From NCBI GenBank assembly GCA_964420395.1, contig CAYQTJ010000001.1, positions 17,006-81,005 on the forward strand: DNA of 64,000 nucleotides, in the 5' to 3' direction. A program made the position numbers and the translations under genes. Source of the DNA: an uncultured Fibrobacteraceae bacterium. Its GTDB lineage: Bacteria > Krumholzibacteriota > Krumholzibacteriia > LZORAL124-64-63. Shown here in pieces: positions 36,805 to 44,890 of the stretch; the stretch's first letter is position 1; every line of letters starts with the position of its first letter. The notes beneath the pieces were generated by a model. That model did not search any database. It had not been told where the DNA came from and worked only from the letters and a program-made list of their open reading frames with translations.

Positions 36805-38472
36805 TTGCTCGAATTGAGGGGATCGCTCGCGGGCCGGGAGATCCGCGTGCCGCTGCGGCCGGGCCGGCACCGCCTCGGCCGGGCGCCGCTCAACGACATC
36901 GTGCTCGATGACCGTTCGGTCTCGCGGGAGCACGCCGAGATCGCGGTCGGGGAGCACCGCGCGTCGGTCCACGACCTCGGCAGCAAGAACGGCACCTGGC
37001 TGAACGACCTGCCGGTGACCGAGCCGGTGCCGCTCGCCCGCGGCGACCGTCTCAGCCTCGGCTCGGTCCTGCTGACGGTCGCGTCGGACACCGGCGAAAC
37101 GACCCTGGGCCGGACCCTCTTCGCCGATTCGCTCGCCGGGCCGATCGGGCCGGGGGCGGAGCTGTCCGTGGTGGCCGCCTCGCGGGTCAGCCTCGACCAG
37201 GTGAGCGTGTCGCCCGCCTCGCTGCCCGAGGGCGATCGCCTGCTGATGAACGCCCTGACGAAGGTCGGGCAGTTCCTCGTCCTGCCGAGCCCCCTGAACG
37301 AGACCTGCGACCGCCTGCTCGGCCTGGTGGAGCAACTGGTGCAGGCGCGGCGGTACCTGCTCCTGCTCTCGCGGGAGGACGGCAGGGACTTCACGGTCTT
37401 CGCGTCCCGCCCGGCGCAGACGTCGCACGCGTCCAACCTCATCCTCAGCCGCACGCTCCTCGACACCGTGCTCGAGGGCCGGGAGGCGCTGGTCCTCAAC
37501 GACGCGCCGTCTGACGCCCGCTTCAGCGCGCACGAGAGCATCGTGGCCTCGCGGCTGCGCTCGGCGATGGTCGCGCCGCTGGTCGACAGCGAGCGGGTGA
37601 TCGGCCTGCTCTACGCCGACAGCGACGATCCCTCGGCGCGCTACGACTCCGAGAAGCTGCGCCTCTTCTCGTTCCTGGCCAACCTGATCGCGGTGAAGAT
37701 CGCCAACGCGCGCCTGCTCGAGCTCAAGGCGGAGAAGGACCGCATGGCGCGCGAGGCCGCGGCCGCGGCGCAGGTCCAGCGCCACCTGCTGCCGACCACG
37801 CGGCCCGAGGTGCCCGGCTACGACATCCTGGCCCGTCAGATCCCCTGCTACGAGGTGGGGGGGGACCTGCACGACACGGCGGTGCTCGACGACGGGCGGG
37901 TGGTGGTGGTCGTGGGGGACGTGACCGGCAAGGGGATGGGGGCGGCGCTGCTGATGTCCAACACGCTGGCCGCGCTGCGGGTGCTCTACACCGAGCCGGG
38001 CGCGCTCGAGACGGTCGTGGAGCGGGTGCACCGCGAGCTGCTGCAGGCGTCGGACGACATGCACTTCGTGACGCTGTTCATCGGCGTGCTCGATCCGCGG
38101 GAGCACCGGCTGACCTACGTCAACGCGGGGCACAATCCGCCGATCCTGCTCGGCGCCGCCGCCGCCCCCCTCCGGCTCACGCCGACCGGCCTGCCGCTCG
38201 GCCTGATCCCCGGGGCGGTCTACCGGAGCGCGGAGGTCGACCTCCCGCCGTCCGCCCTGCTCTGCATCCACACCGACGGCATCCCCGAGGCGGCGCTGGG
38301 CGAGGAGTTCTACGAGGACGAGCGCCTGATCGCCACGCTGCGCAACGGCCGCGCCGGTCCGATCGAGACGATCGCCGAGGCGATCGTGGGCGACCTGCGC
38401 GCCTTCCTGGGCGAGGCCCCCTTCGACGACGACGTCACCTTCCTGCTCGTGCGGCGCGGCGACGCGGCCTGA
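36805..38472 (+). CDS. FHA - GAF - PP2C (SpoIIE/RsbU-type) serine phosphatase
   Basis: Probable TTG start at 36805, 4 nt after AGGAGG; the ORF track starts at 36721. FHA pattern: GRAPLNDIVLDDRSVSREHAEI...GSKNGTWLN. A GAF-like middle region follows. PP2C pattern: VGGDLHD, VVVGDVTGKGMGAALLM, VNAGHNPP and IHTDGI. Confidence 0.8.
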   Translation: MLELRGSLAGREIRVPLRPGRHRLGRAPLNDIVLDDRSVSREHAEIAVGEHRASVHDLGSKNGTWLNDLPVTEPVPLARGDRLSLGSVLLTVASDTGETTLGRTLFADSLAGPIGPGAELSVVAASRVSLDQVSVSPASLPEGDRLLMNALTKVGQFLVLPSPLNETCDRLLGLVEQLVQARRYLLLLSREDGRDFTVFASRPAQTSHASNLILSRTLLDTVLEGREALVLNDAPSDARFSAHESIVASRLRSAMVAPLVDSERVIGLLYADSDDPSARYDSEKLRLFSFLANLIAVKIANARLLELKAEKDRMAREAAAAAQVQRHLLPTTRPEVPGYDILARQIPCYEVGGDLHDTAVLDDGRVVVVVGDVTGKGMGAALLMSNTLAALRVLYTEPGALETVVERVHRELLQASDDMHFVTLFIGVLDPREHRLTYVNAGHNPPILLGAAAAPLRLTPTGLPLGLIPGAVYRSAEVDLPPSALLCIHTDGIPEAALGEEFYEDERLIATLRNGRAGPIETIAEAIVGDLRAFLGEAPFDDDVTFLLVRRGDAA

Positions 38473-38488
38473 GCGCGGGTCTCGCCGG

Positions 38489-39376
38489 TCAGGGCGGGGA
38501 ACCGTCCGCCGGGTCGGCCGGCGCGAGGCCGGCGGGCGACGGCAGCTCGCCCAGGCGCGTCACGACCCGGGCCTGCGGCAGGGCCGCGGCCACGGTCGGG
38601 GGCGCCGCGGCGCGGCCGCCCACGATCAGACGGGCGCCGACCTCCAGCGCCGCCGCGGCCACGGGGGCGGCGCTGTCCGCCAGGCTCGCGCCGGCCGGCA
38701 GCGCGGACACGCTCAGCCAGCAAAGCCGCGGGCGCAGGCGCCGGGCCGCCGCGGCGAGCTGGTCGGGCGGCAGCCCGCAGCCGCAGTTGATGGTCCGCCA
38801 TCCCAGCTCGCGCAGCCCCAGTTCGACCATCGCGTTGGGCAGCGTGTACGGGTCGCCCGCGAACGTGCCGCCCAGCGCCATGGGGGCGTCCCCGGCCGGC
38901 GCGGGCAGCACGTGGCGCAGCTCGTGCAGCAGGCCGAGGGCGATCTCGCAGCCGCGCCGCTCCTCGTACACCTCCAGCGCCCCGTGCTGCCACCGCTCGC
39001 CCAGCGCCGCGAACGCCGGCGCGATCGCCTCGTCGCAGAGGTCGCCCAGGGTCAGGCCGCTCAGGTAGAGGTTGAGGGCCAGGCCGCGGAAGCGCTCCTC
39101 CTCGCCGCCGGCCAGGGACTCGATCATCTCCCGGCGCGTCCGCGAAACCACCACCCGCCCCTGCGCCACGGCCGAGGGCAGGCCGAGCAGCTCGGGGTGG
39201 GGCAGCGGGTGGCCGCTCTCGCGCAGGTACTGTACGACGCCGCTGAGGGTCAGCCGCCGGTGCCCTCCCGGCGTGCGCACCGATGGCAACAATCCCTTGT
39301 CGCACCACCGCTTCAACGAGGCCTCGCTGACGCCGATCGCGCGCGCCACCTGCCGCGGGGAGAGCTGCTCGGTCAT
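38489..39376 (-). CDS. MerR/HTH_17 + cobalamin-binding-like domain regulator (CarH/LitR family, His-less variant)
   Basis: 295 aa. N-terminal HTH is LSPRQVARAIGVSEASLKRWCDKGLL...GHRR. The helical-bundle motif reads W129-x9-E-R (canonical Wx9EH). The Rossmann-like motif reads GDPYTLPNAMVELGLRELGW, with Tyr where the lower-axial His normally sits. Confidence 0.8.
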   Translation of the reverse strand: MTEQLSPRQVARAIGVSEASLKRWCDKGLLPSVRTPGGHRRLTLSGVVQYLRESGHPLPHPELLGLPSAVAQGRVVVSRTRREMIESLAGGEEERFRGLALNLYLSGLTLGDLCDEAIAPAFAALGERWQHGALEVYEERRGCEIALGLLHELRHVLPAPAGDAPMALGGTFAGDPYTLPNAMVELGLRELGWRTINCGCGLPPDQLAAAARRLRPRLCWLSVSALPAGASLADSAAPVAAAALEVGARLIVGGRAAAPPTVAAALPQARVVTRLGELPSPAGLAPADPADGSPP

Positions 39377-39411
39377 GTCGCCCTTTCCGTTCCGTTTGGA
39401 TGATATGAACG

Positions 39412-39440
39412 AATTTTAATGCAAAAGGGGCAGATCGGCA
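39412..39440 (-). promoter_or_regulatory. Sigma70-type promoter for the LitR-like gene (minus strand): TTGCCG-N17-TAAAAT
   Basis: On the reverse complement, TTGCCG (39440-39435) is followed by a 17-nt spacer and TAAAAT (39417-39412). The -10 overlaps a TGAACGAATTT repeat copy. Confidence 0.5.
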
Positions 39441-39554
39441 AGGCGTTTTCGCCACGGCGGGCGCCACGGGCACACGCGAAAAGCGTACAAATTGTTCATA
39501 AAGAACAGCTTACGTCGAAAGGGAAAGGATATGAACGATTTGCACGAATTTACA

Positions 39555-39583
39555 CTTGACGGACCGGAGAGGCTTCGCTATCT
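39555..39583 (+). promoter_or_regulatory. Sigma70-type promoter for folE: TTGACG-N17-TATCTT
   Basis: TTGACG at 39555-39560, an exact 17-nt spacer, then TATCTT at 39578-39583. It has the same architecture as the udk promoter and is flanked on both sides by the repeat motif. Confidence 0.55.
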
Positions 39584-39621
39584 TGGCTGTGGTCGATTTG
39601 AACGAATTTGGAGGTTGGACG

Positions 39622-40245
39622 ATGATCATGAAGCAGGCAGGGATGGTCGATCCCGCGAAGCCGGACGCAGCCACGCCGGAGGTCGTGGACATGCCACGCG
39701 CGGAGGCAGCGGTGCGCGAACTGCTCGCCGCGCTGGGCGAGGACCCCGACCGGCCGGGGCTGCTCGACACGCCGCGCCGCGTGGCGCGGATGTACCGGGA
39801 GCTGTTCGCCGGCATCCAGGCCGATCCGCGACCGCACCTGCTGCGGACGTTCGACGAGGCGCACGAGGAGATCGTCCTGGTGCGCGACATCGATTTCTCC
39901 TCCCTCTGCGAGCATCACCTGCTGCCGTTCATGGGGCGGGCCCACGTGGCTTACCTGCCGCGCAGCAAAGTCGTCGGGCTGTCGAAGCTGGCGCGCACCG
40001 TGGACCTGTTCGGGCGCCGCCCGCAGGTGCAGGAGCGGATGACCGCGCAGATCGCCGACGCGCTCATGGAGCACCTCGAGCCGCACGGCGCGATGGTGGT
40101 CCTGGAGGCCGAGCACCTCTGCATGCGGGTGCGCGGCGTGGCCAAGCCGAACGCCGTGACGGTCACCTCGGCCGTGCGCGGCGCCTTCAAGGACAGCCCC
40201 GCCGCGCGCGCCGAGGCGATGGCGCTGCTCCAGCGGCGGAGCTAG
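39622..40245 (+). CDS. folE: GTP cyclohydrolase I
   Basis: The ATG at 39622 follows GGAGG. 207 aa with [29 protein letters not shown] and the HLCM motif. Confidence 0.9.
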   Translation: MIMKQAGMVDPAKPDAATPEVVDMPRAEAAVRELLAALGEDPDRPGLLDTPRRVARMYRELFAGIQADPRPHLLRTFDEAHEEIVLVRDIDFSSLCEHHLLPFMGRAHVAYLPRSKVVGLSKLARTVDLFGRRPQVQERMTAQIADALMEHLEPHGAMVVLEAEHLCMRVRGVAKPNAVTVTSAVRGAFKDSPAARAEAMALLQRRS

Positions 40246-40383
40246 CGGACGAGGGGCCGCCTCCCCGCGCGGGCGGCCGACGGGTGGTGGATGGGATGGG
40301 AGCGCGGGTCCGGAAGTCGCGGCGGGGTCGGCGCAGCCGGCCTCCGCTCTAAAGAAGCACAACGATCCTCCTGGAGGCCTGAC

Positions 40384-40905
40384 ATGATGAAGTTCCAGAA
40401 ACTGTCGATCGCCGCCCTGACCGTGGCCTGCGCGCTGGGCGGTGTCGATGCGGCTCACGCGGGCGGCAACGGCGCGAAGCCGAAGGAGGCCGCCGTCGCG
40501 GCCGAGACGCAGGACATCGTCGCCACGGCTGTCGCCGCGGGCTCGTTCAAGACGCTGGTGGCCGCGGCCCAGGCCGCGGGCCTGGTCGATCTGCTCAAGA
40601 GCGAGGGGCCGTTCACGGTCTTCGCGCCGACGGACGAGGCGTTCGCGAAGCTGCCCGCCGGCACCGTCGAGGCGCTCCTGAAGGACAAGGCGAAGCTGAG
40701 CACGATCCTCACCTATCACGTGGTTCCGGGCAGGGTGCTGGCCGCGGACGTGGTGAAGCTGAAGGAGGCGAAGACCGCCGAGGGGCGTTCCGTCGCCATC
40801 GATGTGAAGGACGGCGTGAAGGTCGGCGGCGCGACGGTGGTCAAGACCGACATCCTGTGCACGAACGGTGTCATTCACGTCATCGACAGCGTACTGCTGC
40901 CGTAA
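40384..40905 (+). CDS. Secreted fasciclin (FAS1) domain protein
   Basis: The ATG follows GGAGG, and a signal peptide is present. FAS1 motifs are [23 protein letters not shown] and [14 protein letters not shown]. Confidence 0.85.
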   Translation: MMKFQKLSIAALTVACALGGVDAAHAGGNGAKPKEAAVAAETQDIVATAVAAGSFKTLVAAAQAAGLVDLLKSEGPFTVFAPTDEAFAKLPAGTVEALLKDKAKLSTILTYHVVPGRVLAADVVKLKEAKTAEGRSVAIDVKDGVKVGGATVVKTDILCTNGVIHVIDSVLLP

Positions 40906-40924
40906 CGCAAGGAAAGGGACTATC

Positions 40925-41164
40925 ATGAAGACGATGGACATCCTGGTGGCCGTGCTGGTCGTGGTGGGAGCCCTGAACTGGGGACTCGTGGGCGCCTTCC
41001 GTTTCGATCTGGTCGCCACCCTGTTGGGTGACGGCACGATGGCGGCCCGCGCGGTGTACGTGCTGGTGGGGCTCGCGGGCCTGTTCCAGGCGGCCAGCTG
41101 GAAGGCGATCCAGCGGCGCTGGGGCGGTGCGATGACGCCGGTGCCGCTGCGGGCCGCGCGGTAG
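40925..41164 (+). CDS. DUF378-family small membrane protein
   Basis: 79 aa. The pattern VGALNWGLVGAFRFDLVATLLG...YVLVGLAGL is typical of DUF378. Confidence 0.75.
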   Translation: MKTMDILVAVLVVVGALNWGLVGAFRFDLVATLLGDGTMAARAVYVLVGLAGLFQAASWKAIQRRWGGAMTPVPLRAAR

Positions 41165-41185
41165 CGCGACGGCGGCAGGGGCGGA

Positions 41186-41244
41186 CCCCGCGTCGCCGAC
41201 GCGGGGCGATCACGAGGGCGGCGGCCTCTCCGGAGGCCGCCGCC
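41186..41244 (+). terminator. Two tandem perfect GC hairpins after the folE-fasciclin-DUF378 unit
   Basis: 41186-41206: 9-bp stem CCCCGCGTC/GACGCGGGG with a 3-nt loop. 41217-41244: 12-bp stem GGCGGCGGCCTC/GAGGCCGCCGCC with loop TCCG. There is no U-tract. Confidence 0.5.
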
Positions 41245-41334
41245 GCCGGGTGACGGTCGCCTGGTGAGACCACCTCGTCGGGGTCGGAGGAGATCGGCGG
41301 TCTGGGGCACGGCCGAAGCGGGTGTTGAACACAC

Positions 41335-41410
41335 GGATCGAAGCCCGGCCAGCCCCGGGTTGCAGCAGCGGGCCTTTGCGGCTTCGATCCTTGTGTTCAA
41401 GGGCCGACTT
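41335..41410. repeat. 21-bp imperfect inverted repeat (20/21) with a 34-nt spacer upstream of the SDR/DUF2867 gene
   Basis: TTGAACACACGGATCGAAGCC (41335-41355) pairs with GGCTTCGATCCTTGTGTTCAA (41390-41410). Confidence 0.7.
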
Positions 41411-41461
41411 CTGGCGGCACGTGTGGGCGTCGTGGCGCCGGCCACGGCGAAAGGGGGCGGC

Positions 41462-42955
41462 ATGGCGAGTCCGACGCTGAGGAACGGGGAGCGCGGCGCC
41501 GAGGGTAGCCCGCTGATCCTGCTGACCGGCGCCACGGGGTACGTCGGCGGCAGGTTGCTCGACACCCTGCAGACGGCCGGCGCGCGGCTGCGCTGCCTGG
41601 CGCGCCGGCCCGCGCACCTGGCCGGACGCGCGGCCGCCGGCACGGAGGTCGTCGAGGGCGACGCGCGCGACGCGTCCGCGCTGCGCCGGGCCCTGGCCGG
41701 CGTGCACACCGCCTGCTATCTCGTGCACTCGCTCGGCGAGGGGCGCGACTTCGCCGCGCACGAGAGAGAGGGGGCCGCCCGTTTCGCCGCCGCCGCGCGG
41801 GAGGCGGGGGTGCGCCGCATCGTCTACCTGGGGGGCCTGGGGCGCGGGCCCGGGCTGTCGCCCCACCTGGCCAGCCGGCAGGAGGTGGGGCGGGTGCTCG
41901 CGGCGGGCGGCGTGCCGGTGGTCGAACTGCGCGCGTCGATCATCATCGGCTCGGGCAGCCTCTCGTTCGAGATGATCCGCGCGCTCGTGGAGAAACTGCC
42001 GTTCATGATCGTGCCGCGCTGGGCCTCGCTCCGGGCGCAGCCGATCGCGATCGAGGACGTCATCGCCTACCTCCAGGCCGCGCTGACCCGGGCCGATGTC
42101 CCGGCCGGCATCTACGAGATCGGCGGTGCCGACCGCGTCACCTACCTCGACATCATGCGGGAGTACGCCCGGCAGCGCCGGTTGCGGCGGGTCATGCAGC
42201 CGGTGCCGGTCCTGACGCCGCGGCTGTCGGGCCTGTGGCTCGGCCTGGTCACGCCGGTGCAGGCGCGCGTCGGGCGGCAGCTGGTGCTGAGCCTGACCAA
42301 CGAGACCGTCGTGACCGACGACGCCGCGCTGCGACGGTTCGCGGTGAGGCCGCGCGGACTGCGGGAGGCGATCGCGCGGGCGCTCGCCAACGAGGACCGC
42401 GAGTTCGCGCTGACGCGCTGGACCGATGCGCTGTCGTCGCATCCCCCGGTCGCCGGCCGGGCAGGGCGCCGGTTCGGCCACCGCTTCGTCGATTCGCACG
42501 TGCGCCGCGTGGGGGCCGCTCCGGCGCGGGCCTTCGCGCCGGTGACCCGGCTCGGCGGGCGGACCGGCTGGTACTTCGGCGACTGGCTCTGGCGCCTGCG
42601 CGGCTGGCTCGACCTCTGCGTGGGGGGGCCGGGCCTGCGGCGCGGCCGGCGCGATCCGGTCGACCTGCGGGTCGGCGACAGCCTCGACTTCTGGCGGGTG
42701 GAGGCGGTCGAGCCGGGCCACCTCCTGCGGCTCGCGGCCGAGATGCGCCTGCCGGGCCGGGCCTGGCTGCAGTTCGAGGTGGTGCCCGACGGCGCCGGCT
42801 CGCTGATCCGCCAGACCGCCCTGTTCGACCCGCTCGGCCTGGGCGGTCTGCTCTACTGGTACGCCCTCTATCCGCTGCACGCGGTCATGTTCCGCGGCAT
42901 GCTGCGGGGGCTGGCGGCGGCCATCGCGCCGGAGCCTGCGCCGCCGCACGCCTGA
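41462..42955 (+). CDS. NAD(P)-binding atypical SDR (NmrA-like) fused to a DUF2867 domain
   Basis: 497 aa from the internal ATG at 41462. Contains ILLTGATGYVGGRL (Rossmann). The C-terminal half (VGDSLDFWRVE..., LRLAAEMRLPGRAWLQFEV) is typical of DUF2867. Confidence 0.8.
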   Translation: MASPTLRNGERGAEGSPLILLTGATGYVGGRLLDTLQTAGARLRCLARRPAHLAGRAAAGTEVVEGDARDASALRRALAGVHTACYLVHSLGEGRDFAAHEREGAARFAAAAREAGVRRIVYLGGLGRGPGLSPHLASRQEVGRVLAAGGVPVVELRASIIIGSGSLSFEMIRALVEKLPFMIVPRWASLRAQPIAIEDVIAYLQAALTRADVPAGIYEIGGADRVTYLDIMREYARQRRLRRVMQPVPVLTPRLSGLWLGLVTPVQARVGRQLVLSLTNETVVTDDAALRRFAVRPRGLREAIARALANEDREFALTRWTDALSSHPPVAGRAGRRFGHRFVDSHVRRVGAAPARAFAPVTRLGGRTGWYFGDWLWRLRGWLDLCVGGPGLRRGRRDPVDLRVGDSLDFWRVEAVEPGHLLRLAAEMRLPGRAWLQFEVVPDGAGSLIRQTALFDPLGLGGLLYWYALYPLHAVMFRGMLRGLAAAIAPEPAPPHA

Positions 42956-42978
42956 AGAACCCGTCTGGCAATGGTCGA

Positions 42979-44343
42979 TCAGCCGCCGCGCGCGGCCCGG
43001 CCCATGGACCAATGGCCCGACTCGAACCACACGGCGCGCGGCAGCCATTCGCGCTGCAGCCAATCCTGACGCGGGAAGCCCCTGAGCGCGGTGACGGAGT
43101 CAGGCCAGGTCTGCGCCACGGATATCACGCGATCCGAAGGTTGCACGCGCAGGGGATGCAGGTTCATGTCCATGGTGACGATCGCGCCCAGGCCATCGAC
43201 TCCGACGCTGACCGCGATTCGGGTGGCGCCATCCGATTCCCTGAAGACCATCAGGTCGGTGGCCTCGATGCGCCTGCGTTGGAGCAGGGTCATGTACGGC
43301 TCGCCGAATTGCGGCAGGACCAGGCGGAAGCGGGCCGAGTCGGGAATCGCGGGATTGCCGCCGGCCAGGGAGTCCTGCGCCACGCCCCGCAGGCAAACAT
43401 CGTCGAGCAGAATGACCGTCGCGCCCTGGTAGCATGGCTCGTTGTTCGTGCCGGCTGCCAGCAGTTCCTCCCTGCCATCCCCATCGACGTCCTCGCCGAG
43501 CAGATCGTAAAGGTGCCCCTTGGTGTCGTACTGCCCGAGCCGGTGCCCGTCTCGCTCCACCATCACGAGGCTGGATGGGCAGAAGCGACCGTGAATGAAC
43601 AGCAGCGCGAGTTCCGGTGTTCTGTCGCCGTCGATGTCCGTCGCCTCGTTGCGGAAGGCAGTGAAACCGCCGCCGGAATCGAGCAGGTCGGGGCCGTAGG
43701 CGGCTCGGATGCGGTCCTGCGCAGGCGAGATCTCCCAAATCATCCTTCCTGACCGCTCCTCCAGCAGCAGTGTGCGGCCGCCGTCCGAGCCGTCGCCGCG
43801 CAGTCCGACCAGGATGGTGCCGTCATGCCACGGGCTCTCGTCCAGATACTCGATCGTGGCCTTCGCCGAGAAGCGCCAGACGACCTCGCCGCGTGCATCG
43901 TGCGCCACAAGGCCGCCGTTGCCCCGCTCCACCCGGACGCCGCCGGGCCGTGGGCGCAGGGCAAATGCCGCCGCCGCGACCAGCAGCAGGAGCACGAGGG
44001 CCGCGATCGCGGCCAAACGTCGGCGGGGGTGGGGGCTGGAACCGTTGTCGGTGGCGGCGGGGGGAAGAACCGGGATCGGCAGTGCGTCGTCCGGCTGCCC
44101 CGGCTCCCCCAGCAACTCCGCCAGCGGGATGTCGAGCGCCTTCGCGATGCAGAGCAGGGTCTTCTCGAGAACGCGATCGCGCTTGCCGGCCTCGATGGCC
44201 TCGACGGTCTTCCGGCTGATGCCGGCCTCATTCGCCAGGTCCGTGGCCGTCATCGCCCGGTTCCGGCGCAAGAGCGGGAGCCGGCCGGGCAGTTCGGCCC
44301 GCCTGATGTCGATGTTGCGATCGCGCTTCTTGGCAGATGTCAT
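42979..44343 (-). CDS. Membrane-anchored XRE-family HTH protein with an extracytoplasmic FG-GAP/VCBS-like repeat domain
   Basis: 454 aa. HTH is MTATDLANEAGISRKTVEAIEAGKR. A single TM segment follows (LAAIAALVLLLLVAAAAFAL). Ca-binding-type DxDGD repeats are DIDGDRTPELAL and DVDGDGREELLAAG. GC content is visibly lower than in the flanks. Confidence 0.7.
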   Translation of the reverse strand: MTSAKKRDRNIDIRRAELPGRLPLLRRNRAMTATDLANEAGISRKTVEAIEAGKRDRVLEKTLLCIAKALDIPLAELLGEPGQPDDALPIPVLPPAATDNGSSPHPRRRLAAIAALVLLLLVAAAAFALRPRPGGVRVERGNGGLVAHDARGEVVWRFSAKATIEYLDESPWHDGTILVGLRGDGSDGGRTLLLEERSGRMIWEISPAQDRIRAAYGPDLLDSGGGFTAFRNEATDIDGDRTPELALLFIHGRFCPSSLVMVERDGHRLGQYDTKGHLYDLLGEDVDGDGREELLAAGTNNEPCYQGATVILLDDVCLRGVAQDSLAGGNPAIPDSARFRLVLPQFGEPYMTLLQRRRIEATDLMVFRESDGATRIAVSVGVDGLGAIVTMDMNLHPLRVQPSDRVISVAQTWPDSVTALRGFPRQDWLQREWLPRAVWFESGHWSMGRAARGG

Positions 44344-44523
44344 GACGGCGCCGGAATCGGCGCCTCGCTGTCGGCGAGCGGATCCGGTGACAACAGCATA
44401 TCACGACTGCTGGGCGATGTATCAGCAATGAAATAATGGAGTGGATCGCTGTCTTGTTTGTCCCGTCCTCCGACGGTTTCTCATGCGGTCGGTGAGGCCC
44501 GCGAGACCCGGTCGTTTCCCGCC

Positions 44524-44550
44524 GTTTCCCCCGGTTTCCCACCGCTTCGC
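44524..44550. repeat. Three helically phased (10-bp period) direct repeats of GTTTCCC in a 547-nt divergent intergenic region
   Basis: GTTTCCC occurs at 44524-44530, 44534-44540 and 44544-44550 (GGGAAAC on the minus strand). Confidence 0.75.
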
Positions 44551-44890
44551 TGGACCGCCTCTTGGATCGCGGCCCATGCTTGAGCGCGTTGGGTGATCGG
44601 GCAGGGGCCGTCTGGTCCATGCCTGACCGGGCCGATTTCGGGGGACGACGCGCCGGGGAATCGCCTCCGGAAGTTGTCCTCCGCGCTGGGGCGTTCCTTG
44701 GGCGAGGGGGCGCCCCGGCGGAATCGGCGGGCCCGAGGTGCGGGACCTCGGGCTCGCGGAGCACCGGTCAGGGGCGCCTCAAGGGCGGCAGGAGCCCGAA
44801 TCCAGTTTGGCGGACACCGCCCCATCGCGACCGATCTGTCAGCGATATGCGCGGGTCCGTTCTGCAAGACACGGAAAGGGGAAGTGACTC

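Larger units (their letters stand above)
39401..39608. repeat. AT-rich divergent control region with reiterated TGAACGAATTT / CGATTTG(C/A)ACGAATTT motifs and a TGTTC-N5-GAACA palindrome
   Basis: Motif copies lie at 39405-39415, 39531-39550 and 39593-39608. The palindrome is at 39492-39506. This is the most AT-rich stretch of the window. Confidence 0.7.

Noticed and set aside
36608-36817. The 69-aa ORF and the MMSTSG... ORF in the 36347-36804 spacer.
   Set aside because: They have no RBS, and their composition is Arg/Pro/Gly-rich. They overlap the hairpin structures, so there is no support for coding.
39377-39621. A possible THF, preQ1 or other riboswitch upstream of folE.
   Set aside because: The leader from the predicted -10 to the ATG is only about 38 nt and is occupied by a repeat copy and the RBS. 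I recognised no conserved riboswitch core.
39492-40352. The 286-aa ORF starting in the AT-rich spacer ([17 protein letters not shown]...).
   Set aside because: It runs out of frame across folE, which has unmistakable GTP cyclohydrolase I motifs. Its 5' end is the promoter/operator region.
44524-44550. The GTTTCCC repeats as a miniature CRISPR or tandem-repeat locus.
   Set aside because: The units are only 10 bp with 3-nt 'spacers'. There are three copies and no cas genes. This fits a protein-binding array rather than CRISPR.
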